A stretch of 41,455 bases of DNA, taken from contig JAQGDQ010001011.1 of the NCBI GenBank assembly GCA_030141605.1, forward strand, positions 1 to 41,455, read 5' to 3'. The position numbers and the translations under genes were made by a program. Shown here piece after piece: positions 23,230-32,636 of this stretch (positions are counted from its first letter, which is position 1; the number at the start of each line of letters is the position of its first letter). A model generated the notes under the pieces. That model was not told the DNA's origin. It saw only the letters and a program-made list of their open reading frames with translations, and searched no databases. The stretch is from Tubiluchus corallicola (lineage: Eukaryota > Animalia > Priapulida).

Positions 23230-26200
23230 CCATCTTCACATCACCACAACCACCTTCAGACAAAACACTGTCTAGTGACGTTGTACTAAATTCCTCACAC
23301 TTTGCAAACAAAACCATGTCGCGTTCAACAAATGGTTTCAACATGTTGATATGATATGTTCTTGTATGGCGTTTGCGTGCACTTTTGCCTCCTAAATGTA
23401 TTTTATATGTCCAATCAGACAATTTATCAACAACTGTAAAGGGGCCACGATAGCGCTTTTGCATTTTGCTTTTTCCTTCAGGCATTAAAACAAGAACTTT
23501 TTGCCCTATTTCAAGCGAGCGTTCTGAAGTGGTTTTATCATACCACTTTTTCTGTGATATTTTAGCTTTTTGCAAAGCTTCATGGGCATCAGTAGTTGAC
23601 TCTTCTACAGTGTTAATTATGCGAGTCACGTAATCATCAATTTCCTCCCACTTAGGAGCTTCTACAGAGCCCCAACGTTCCTTTAGGGCAGCCAAAGGCC
23701 CACGCACGGGAAAACCGTAAACTAGCTGAAATGGAGTATACCCAGTGGATTCTTGGGGTACTTCCCGGAAAGCAAATAAAATGAACGGAATAGTTTCATC
23801 CCAGGGTAAATGTTTCTCATTTTGCATGACTTTTAAAATGCAGGATTTTAATGAGCCATTAAATCTCTCAGTTAACCCATTCCCCTGTGGGCTATATGGG
23901 GAAGTGAAAATTCCCTTTACACCCAAGGCCTGTTCTAAATCATGGATTAACTGTGATGTGAATTGAGTACCTCTGTCGGTTAAAATCTCACGCGGGATGC
24001 CATGTCGACATATGTATTGCAGTAAAGCTTTAACAACAGTAGTGGTTTCAATATTTGTTAGAGGGTAGCAATCGGGGTACCTCGTAGCATGGTCTATTAT
24101 TACTAACGCATACTTATTCCCCGAGGGTGTTCTCTTCATAGGCCCGATAATATCCATGGCTATAGTTCGAAATGCAATCGAAGGTATGGACAATGGCTTT
24201 AATTTTGCTTTATCAGAACGTTTAATTCTCGCCGTTTTCTGACATGGGACACATGAGCGGCAATATTGTATCACTGAACGTTTAACTCTAGGCCAGATAC
24301 ATTCTTGTAAAACACGTTGGGTAGTTTTACGGATGCCCAGGTGACCAGCCATGTGCGCATCATGTGCCAAAGATAAGACTGCCAAACGTCTAGACTTGGG
24401 TACAACCAAAAGTTCGCGGGGTTCAGCATCGCGCTTTTCACGTGTCATGTAATATAAAATCCCATCTTTAATGAAGTAACCCTTTCTTTGGGCACGAGCT
24501 ACTGTTTCTGAGACTGCGTGATCACGTAAATTGCGCAAACTAACATCATCGCGCTGTTCTTGCTGCAATTGTTCTTTACTAAGCTGTAACAGCTGCTGTT
24601 GCTGTGCTTTAGCAGTATCTACGCCAGATGCAATATTTTTTTCCGCTTTTTGATCAGCGTTTAAACTACTTAGTAATTTTTTCTCGCTCTTAGCTTCTGC
24701 TTGTAGCTGCTTTGCTTTTGACCGGGTTACTGCAAAAGCTTTTTTCGAATTACCAGCTTGTTTCGCGACATTTGTATTTCCACTCACAAGTTCATCAAAG
24801 TAATATGACGTATCTGAATTTTCAGGTGTGATACATTCTAAATCAACTGACTTAGGTGGTGTACTAAAACTCTGTTTAATGCTAAATGGTGTCACAGCAG
24901 TTCGGTAATCATTACCTAGCAAAAAGGGCACAGGAAGACTATCAGACACTGCCACTCTCAATCTACCATTAACTAGCATACATTCCACCTCAACGACAGC
25001 TATACGTGTATTTTTAGCATCGCCATGCACACACCAAATTTTGGTATAATTTTCACTTTGTAGAAACTGTTCTGGACGGACATAACGTGGTTGGATCAAA
25101 CTCACGCTAGCACCAGAATCTCTTATACCATCGATCCAGATACCATTAATTTTAGCTTTAAAGCTAAACTCATCAGACTCAGGCACACACTCAGGCATAG
25201 CCGCAGGTGAACTGGTAGAGTGACTGGATTGGTGACCAGTATTTCCTGTCTTGGCCAAGAATTGACGACTAGGATTTCTACTCTTGCCACTAGTTTCACC
25301 ATAATTAGGGCGTTTCGGGCACTGGGTCCTTTTGTGTCCAAGTTCTCCACAAGTATAACAGCGTATCTTCTTCATGACGTCATTATTCATCTTTTTTCCA
25401 AAACCATTTGAAAAAGCTGCCGGCCTGGAATTTCCACGCTGTTGTTGCATTGGTTTAAGTTTTGAAGCCGTACCTAATGCATTAGAAGCAATGTACAAAT
25501 CGGCTTTCTCTGCCACCTTTTCCATTGTCTTCTGCCCTTGCTGCCTGACCCAAATGCTCATTTCACGGGGCATCAATGTAAGGGCCTGCTCAATACATAG
25601 CAGTTCACAAATGTTCTCAAAGGTGGACGCTTCTTCGGCTTTCAGCCATTCTTGCAGGGCACGATCAAGCCGTACAAAAAGCTGACGGAATGTTTCATCC
25701 GGTCTCCGAGTAATCTTGCGGAAACGCTCAAGATACATGTCATTGGAGAGGACATAGGCAGCTAACAAAGTCTTCTTTACAACATTGTAATCTTGCATGC
25801 TGTCAAGTGGTACTTGTTGAAAAGCCTGGGCTGCTTTTCCGGATAAAGCTGGGCCCAGCGATGCAGCAAAGTGTTTCTCTTCAAGGCCATTAGCTTTGGC
25901 TACTGCTTCAAACCACTGTAAGAAAGTATGCAGATCATCGGTTCCCTCTGTAAATACACGTGATAACTTTACACGGGGTATTCGAGATGCGGTTGTAGTA
26001 AGTATGCCATCAGGTGATTGAGGAGGAACCTGTGTCACGTGACTTGGAGATGAGGCATCCAGCTCACGAAGCTTCAACTCAAACTGATACTGCTCTTTCT
26101 GCATTCGTTCTCTGCGTTCCTCACGCTCACGTTCCCATTCTCTCTCTTCACGTTGCATACGTTCACGCCTTTCTTCACGTTTCTGTTCCCGTTCCCATTC

Positions 26201-26470
26201 ACGCTCTTTCTCGCGCTCTACTAACTTTAACTTTTCAATATTGTAAAGAGGTACTGAACGTTCTGTCATCTCATCATCCGCAGGTTTACCATTAATAGCA
26301 GAATGCAAGGTAAGGTCGGCAGGAGGGGGAGTTGCTAACAGTTGATCAGACACACGTCTGCGCCCACTCATCTGCGCAACAGACACACTCGGTGTGCTTG
26401 ACACACCTTCAACTTCTTTCGGTCTAACACTAGGTTCACCTGTCGTCACAGGGTTACCCTGTGCATTCAT
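23216..26470 (-). CDS. Gag-protease-integrase polyprotein (1084 aa), Gmr1-like Ty3/gypsy
   Basis: Translation identical to 17273-20527, with the catalytic motifs intact. Confidence 0.95.
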   Translation of the reverse strand: MNAQGNPVTTGEPSVRPKEVEGVSSTPSVSVAQMSGRRRVSDQLLATPPPADLTLHSAINGKPADDEMTERSVPLYNIEKLKLVEREKEREWEREQKREERRERMQREEREWEREREERRERMQKEQYQFELKLRELDASSPSHVTQVPPQSPDGILTTTASRIPRVKLSRVFTEGTDDLHTFLQWFEAVAKANGLEEKHFAASLGPALSGKAAQAFQQVPLDSMQDYNVVKKTLLAAYVLSNDMYLERFRKITRRPDETFRQLFVRLDRALQEWLKAEEASTFENICELLCIEQALTLMPREMSIWVRQQGQKTMEKVAEKADLYIASNALGTASKLKPMQQQRGNSRPAAFSNGFGKKMNNDVMKKIRCYTCGELGHKRTQCPKRPNYGETSGKSRNPSRQFLAKTGNTGHQSSHSTSSPAAMPECVPESDEFSFKAKINGIWIDGIRDSGASVSLIQPRYVRPEQFLQSENYTKIWCVHGDAKNTRIAVVEVECMLVNGRLRVAVSDSLPVPFLLGNDYRTAVTPFSIKQSFSTPPKSVDLECITPENSDTSYYFDELVSGNTNVAKQAGNSKKAFAVTRSKAKQLQAEAKSEKKLLSSLNADQKAEKNIASGVDTAKAQQQQLLQLSKEQLQQEQRDDVSLRNLRDHAVSETVARAQRKGYFIKDGILYYMTREKRDAEPRELLVVPKSRRLAVLSLAHDAHMAGHLGIRKTTQRVLQECIWPRVKRSVIQYCRSCVPCQKTARIKRSDKAKLKPLSIPSIAFRTIAMDIIGPMKRTPSGNKYALVIIDHATRYPDCYPLTNIETTTVVKALLQYICRHGIPREILTDRGTQFTSQLIHDLEQALGVKGIFTSPYSPQGNGLTERFNGSLKSCILKVMQNEKHLPWDETIPFILFAFREVPQESTGYTPFQLVYGFPVRGPLAALKERWGSVEAPKWEEIDDYVTRIINTVEESTTDAHEALQKAKISQKKWYDKTTSERSLEIGQKVLVLMPEGKSKMQKRYRGPFTVVDKLSDWTYKIHLGGKSARKRHTRTYHINMLKPFVERDMVLFAKCEEFSTTSLDSVLSEGGCGDVKMDGGK

Positions 26471-27130
26471 GATTATATCAATTATTCCGGCCTTATTTGT
26501 ACCCTGTGGTAAAGTTAGCCTACGTTCAACATTTGCTTTAAGACAGGTACAGTTAGTTGCTGCAATTCACTCTCCACGTAAACGCGTGACATTCTAATTA
26601 CAGGACAATATAGGACAAATAGTAGTTTCAGTGAAAAAACTTTATGCTCGCAGAATATTTATAGATCTATCATTCAACTGACACACACTGGCTCAACGCA
26701 TACAAACGTACAAAAATACTGTACAGTAGGGTAATGTACGTGCAAATCAAACAAAGTAGCAAACTAGGAATATACAAAATCTAGGCCAAGACTTTTGACT
26801 AGCCTGCAACGAAATAACGGTTTCACTAGCACTTGAAACGTTTACAGTGGAATCAAGGACAAATCGGCATTCAAGTCGGCATACACCTGGAATTATAGCG
26901 TTTACGAAATCTGCAGGAAACCTATTTAAATAATAGACAAAACACATTCAACTGAGTAATCAATAAAGTCACTCAACGGAAGATGCTATGTTCTTTCGAT
27001 ATGCTTTTGCCCAAAGATTCCCCCAGAAAATTAGCTATGTAACTAATTACCTGAAAGTAAATATCATTAAATTCTCAAAATGCTGACAAAGAATTTTATT
27101 CCTACCGAGTTACACCAAATAAAGTCAAAA

Positions 27131-27148
27131 ATCCCACTTCTGACACCA
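27131..27148 (-). promoter_or_regulatory. Primer-binding site (tRNA-Leu)
   Basis: atcccacttctgacacca on + equals TGGTGTCAGAAGTGGGAT on -. Confidence 0.9.
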
Positions 27149-27151
27149 TAA

Positions 27152-28022
27152 TGTGACGATGTAGTCTAAGTTCCGTTATTGTAAATATGTGGTTTGTGAC
27201 TTAAGTGTAACCCTTAGGTAAAGAATAAAACACTTAGTCGAAAACACTGTGAAGAAACCACTGAATTAATAAAATAATATAACAATTTAATGAATGTTTC
27301 AAAACACATTACGAGACAACTGTTAATAATAAAGACTAAGCCGGCTAAGAAGAGAAAGAACAACGTAATGTTTTTCACCAGTCCAGTCTTGGCATCATCA
27401 AGCGACTATTCTCCTGCTCCCATTCCGCGGCATCTCCTCACCAGGGGCTTGATCGAGGAATGGTGCACCATAGAACGGTTGACTACACTACGTGAACGAC
27501 GTCTCCAAACTTTGACGACTCCTGATGTACACGCCTCCACTAATACGACGCCAAAATGGGGTAGCATCCAAGCTCCTGCACTCGTCGCAAGGTAAGGATT
27601 ACCAATTTTGTAATCACAGCATCCCGCACCAACGACAGTATCATCAACGTCAGGTAAATACGAGTAAGTATCATCAGCAGCAGATATCAGTATTCTACAA
27701 GCAAGCACTATTACTACTAAACCATCATTTCATGACATGAGAACGTCCGCTTAACTCGACAACTTAAAGCGGAATACCAGGGCGAACTGAACAGCCAAAA
27801 TTTCGTCTACGTGGCTTCAATCACATGATATAGTAGTAATGCATAAACAGTATCACTGAATGTACAGGTGAAATCTGATTTCAGAACAAGTTGGCTTCTA
27901 GCCTTATATCATTAAACAGTTTAACTAAACTTCTTTTATAAAGATTGACAATAATTAATGGTGGAATTATAACAGTAGGAACTAGTTACATAACCTGGCC
28001 TAAAATAAGCCTGAGCGTCACA
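27152..28022 (-). repeat. 5' LTR (871 bp)
   Basis: TG...CA ends, adjacent PBS and adjacent TSD. Confidence 0.97.
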
Positions 28023-29630
28023 CTGTCTAAGTGAGCATGTGAAACGCAGTTATTCAGTTGTACAAACAGCGAGGAGCCAAAATTGCTTTAGAATATCTGC
28101 CGGAAACATATTGCGGGTCAAAGCATCACAAAAATGCATTTATATCATGCTACGGAATTTGGTTTCGTAAACGACACAACAGACAATCTAACTGTTGTAA
28201 TTTACTCCTTTTTATTAGTGTATTGTATAAAAAATTTGAATAACAAAACTGTTATGTACATAGGCGAGGACTGCAGCGTCTATATAGCTTTGGTAATTTA
28301 CTACTCGCAAAGGTGGGTATGAAAGTCTAGTATGACACAGCACTAGAAAGTGGAGTCTATACACTGTCTTCCATCTTTTTTTATAACACTGAAATTTAAA
28401 AGTGATTACTGATGAAAAGCGTGGAAACAAAACAGTAACAACATTGTAGGCTTATATCAGGTTACTTGTAACTGATGTTAATAATGTGGCTGATAGCACT
28501 ACTGTACTTAGTTGTTTTGTTTGCCAACAGATGGCACTAGACATCAAGCTTGATGATTATGATTAGCAGCCTAGTAGGTACTTTGTTTCTGTTACTACCT
28601 CATAGCAAGGATCATCCTCAAAGTTTAATAAAAACATCAAAACTGAACAATTTATGAATTTCAAAAAACAATGTTCATTTATTTTTCTATAGCTATTTGG
28701 ACAGACATAATAAACTATGGTACACACTTTCTAACAACCTGGCACACAAGCAAAGTAATTCCGAGTTCTCGGGCGATGACCAATGTACATCATAAATCTT
28801 ACAAAACTAGAGACAGGTTCACAATGGTCTCCAAAAAGGTACAGAATAATGATTACTAGCAAGTATTACATTACTTGCAGAACAACAATTTCGCACAAAA
28901 AGTTACATTTTAATGCGTCACATTTACTTGCGAAGTGTCATTTGATTCAAATTATCATAATTGATATGTATTATACAAAAACTATGGTTTCAGTGGTCAT
29001 AATTCACAACCAGTACAAATTTACACATACATAGAATATCAACAGAATGCCACGGTTAGGAAAAACAACAACATACAAAATCATTTAAAAACACGAGAAG
29101 CAAAGCTGAGATAAAATGTGTAGCGGTTCACAGCCATTCAAGGTTCACGGTGTATTTCAACAAACATTGTAATTTGCCAAATATGCTAGAAACAAAGATA
29201 TAGTTTATGTCAAATCTCTTCATGAAATTTCTATCACCCTGTACTCTGTACAACAAGAGAATCGTAATAATCCTTCACATGTGTGACTTTGCCTTACCAC
29301 GCTGTTCAAACAATCATTTAAATGAGATTACAAGTTAGATAATTATAGTGCAAAATTTTGGAAGTTCAACTTGAGAATGTTCACATTATTTTAACATCAA
29401 AGCGTTGACACACACAGTGAAAAGAGAGTCGTGTTCCAGTCAACCGCCAAGTTAAATTGCAAGCAATACTCGGACAACCTTACTGTTGAACCTGCATTAA
29501 AAGAATGCCACACAAAACTTTGTACCAAACATGTTGTCATGCATATCAATGATAGTAAGCGACTGTCAATAATTATATCAAGATATTTTACTGGTAAAAA
29601 AGTAGCTTTTTATTGTAATCACATTGTAAT

Positions 29631-29919
29631 TAGAGGTCTGCATGGGTCCATCTTTCGAAGCCCCGCCCAGTCCATGTCCATCGGGTAGTTGCCAAAATCA
29701 CCACAGCCCATTAAAATCAATAATTCTGGAGGTTGTACCCCAACCCACCCATGTGAAAAATCCACACCCTGCTTGCTCTCACAGATTTACATACAATGGA
29801 ATAATTATAGTGGTCAACAGGTCCTCTTAGTTGTTACTCACTGTCATGGCCAGTGTTAAGCCCATTTGACAATTTTTCAAACTAGGCCCCCAGCACTCAC
29901 GCTCGAGCCGAGGACTCTA
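29631..29919. mobile_element. Possible decayed hAT-like MITE
   Basis: Ends tagaggtctgcatggg and ccgaggactcta form weak TAGAG-type inverted termini. No clear TSD. Confidence 0.3.
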
Positions 29920-30644
29920 TGGACAAATTAATGAGCGTACAGTGTGCACAAAGTTTCTTGATATTGTGAACACGGTGAAACCATTCGGTCTGATATCATT
30001 TATCTACGTTTTTTACTGATCGTATGTCACAATTATATTGACTTGTAATGAAACATTAAATATTTTATACAAGTTTTCAATTTCTAGTACATATCGTTGT
30101 GGCTAATCGCGGAGCCTCAAGCCCTTTTTGACTGAGACTGGAGTACTACTCGAAGCAAGTGGCACCTCATAACTAAAATTAGTGGGGTGCTGCATCAAAA
30201 ATTACATTCAGCAATGCTACATCACCTCCAACAAACAGCAACATGGGAAAAAGAACAATGCATTCTTTACTTCACAGCCGCAAAGCCAACTTTTCCGCTG
30301 GTACCATCCAGAATTAACACTACGAATCTACTTCTTGTTTTTGCTTATTCCTGGATGAGATATTTGAATACTTCAGGGAAGCATAAAACATCAATCTTCA
30401 GCTTTTGTACGTTAGAGGGCGCCACTAACAATTTTCTAATTGGGACCCGCACTTTCTAGCACCAGCCTTGCTGACTGTCTGCTGTTATCACTATCAGCCG
30501 GTTGCAGCTTTTATTTACACATATTTGCTAGACTAGCATATAATTTGTACATAAACTGTATCAATTAAGACTGCAGCAAAGTATGCTTGAGTCACGCTAG
30601 CATAAAAATTAAACTGTCTGCCTATATCTTATTGCTCTGTCCTG

Positions 30645-31018
30645 CAGGGCCTATTTCAGCCTAGGCAAGGCCCGGGGAAGTGGGGTGTGTGAGGCCCATC
30701 GGGGGGGGGGGGGCGGCGAAACGCTGGGTGCAGGCGCGACCATGGTTGGCGCCCAGAAAATTTTTGAACTGCTAGAACGCCGGAGAAGCATTTTCGAAAA
30801 GAAAATATAGAGTTATACAGTTGTTAAAGGAAAGAACAATTGAAAAAAACTGCTTTATTCTCAAGACCAGTCCTTAATACTTTTCAACACTGGCACACAG
30901 CGCGCATGCGGCAAGAGGGAGAGAGGAGGCAGTATGTTCACATAAAGCAAAAAAAAATGTTACCTTGGCGCGAGGCCCCGGGCAAGTATCCCCACTTCCC
31001 CCCTTGAAATAGGCCCTG
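30645..31018. mobile_element. hAT-like MITE (374 bp)
   Basis: Perfect 14-bp TIRs CAGGGCCTATTTCA / TGAAATAGGCCCTG. Flanks ctgtcctg and ctgtattg match 6/8, consistent with a decayed 8-bp TSD. Confidence 0.85.
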
Positions 31019-32019
31019 CTGTATTGTACCGTACCCACGGCCCATCAGAAGGGCAGCATACTTATCTATGAACAGGCCTATGCCAGGGAAGGCATGTCCA
31101 TGCAGATCCCCACACTATAGTACACTTCAGGCAAATTAAATGGTGAAATGAACAGGATACTGTGATAGCAATAATAATCAATGATCGACTTCTTATATTT
31201 CAATTACCATGGTTGTCTATTATCACCATAAAATTAAACAATACTTTAGCCTGTTCTCTATTATTACAGACAAAGTTAAATGTTACTTTCTTATAACACT
31301 TGAATACTTACTTGTACGATTTCGACACTATAAAAGTTCATTAGCTTTTGTAAAAACTCAACGCTTGCAATACACAAGCTTTTCGGCAACACCTACTATG
31401 AGCTATAATCAATTAAAATTCATACAGTAAATGAACGACACCGTACCTTCATGCGAGCCTACAAAAACCGGTATAAAAAATCATGTAATCATAATAGGTA
31501 TAAATAATTAAATATCACCCAGCTAAAGTACAGGAAATAAATAATAAAACTGCTATCACCCAAACTACAAGAAAACGAACAAATTGACAAAAACATGGAA
31601 GATGAAACAAAAAGAAGAAAAACTCGAGCAACTGCATCGGTTTCTCACACACAGAAAGGCATTTTAATAAGTGTGATTACTTGTACATTACCCATAATCA
31701 TCTGCACAATAATCACAGGCCCAGACATGGCAGTTACAGAACATAAACTCTGAGAATATCCCTGAACGTATTGACTGTAACTAGATCGTTCAATGTCAGC
31801 ACCATCTCATAAATATTGATGGTGGTTCATGTGTCTTTAACCTCAATTTAGTTTGTGTTGTAAAATATAATCAGATTCGCAGTACTGTTGCTATAGAATA
31901 TCATCTTTCGACAGCTGCACGATTACAAGCAACATATGAAAGTTTCCACATAATAAGTAGCAGTTCAAGCTGCTAATTTTAAAGAATTGCATCCCGTTTT
32001 GTCAACGAATTATCTTCAT

Positions 32020-32519
32020 CAACGTCAACGAACCTAGCCACTGGGGGGAGGGGATAAGCCAGCTAAACTCGGTGCCGGTCCCAAGCCCGGATAAATGGGA
32101 GGGTTAGGGTCAGGAAGGGCATCCGCCTGTAAAAACTGCGCCAAAACCTTCTATGAATGAGTCGGTGCGACTTAAAGGGAAAGTCCACAAAGAAGTGGTC
32201 AGACTCGCTCTAATCAATGGGCTGGAAGCAGCTTCTCTAAAGAAGACCGAAGAGTAGAAAATGGGTGTGGTGGAGATGAGGATGTTGAGATGGATGGTGG
32301 GAATAACAAGAAGAGATAAAATTAGAAATAATAATATCGGAGGAACAGCAAAAGCAGTGGAAGCCTCGCAAGATTGCGATGGTATGGACACCTGAAAAGA
32401 AGAGTCGGTGAAGATGGGAATTGAAGACATAAATGAAGAGATGGTCAACAACAGGAATGCGTGGAGAAGACTCATTCACAACGGCGACCCCGAATAGGGA
32501 AAAGCTGGGAAGAAGAAGA
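32020..32519 (+). mobile_element. Bipartite (internally deleted) RTE/Rex3-like non-LTR element
   Basis: The RTE 5'UTR motif GGTCCCAAGCCCGGATAAATGGGAGGGTT..CAGGAAGGGCATCCG is joined to a decayed ORF C-terminus (RLKGKVHK.VVR..MRMLRWM.G.TRRDKIRN..RLRWYGH..WRRLIHNGDP) and a GAA tail. A 22-bp TSD with 1 mismatch lies at 31998-32019 and 32520-32541. Confidence 0.9.
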
Positions 32520-32636
32520 TTTGTTAACGAATTATCTTCATTTTGCTAAACACTTTTACGGTTTACCCAAAGACAGATTTTAATCAAAAATAGTAACACA
32601 GCAACATTTTTCATTCATGATGGCAATCATTATGAA

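Larger units (their letters stand above)
21003..28022 (-). mobile_element. Gmr1-like Ty3/gypsy LTR retrotransposon with both ends intact and RT deleted (non-autonomous), 7020 bp
   Basis: Two 871-bp LTRs with TGTGACG...CGTCACA ends; 5-bp TSD CTGTC (20998-21002 and 28023-28027); PBS; domain order gag-PR-IN-(RT)-RH with gypsy-type motifs. Confidence 0.97.

Noticed and set aside
17273-26470. Ty1/copia assignment based on integrase preceding RT/RNase H
   Set aside because: Integrase (GPY/F, ERFN) and RNase H (TDAS, ADxLSR) motifs are gypsy-type. The order is the Gmr1 hallmark.
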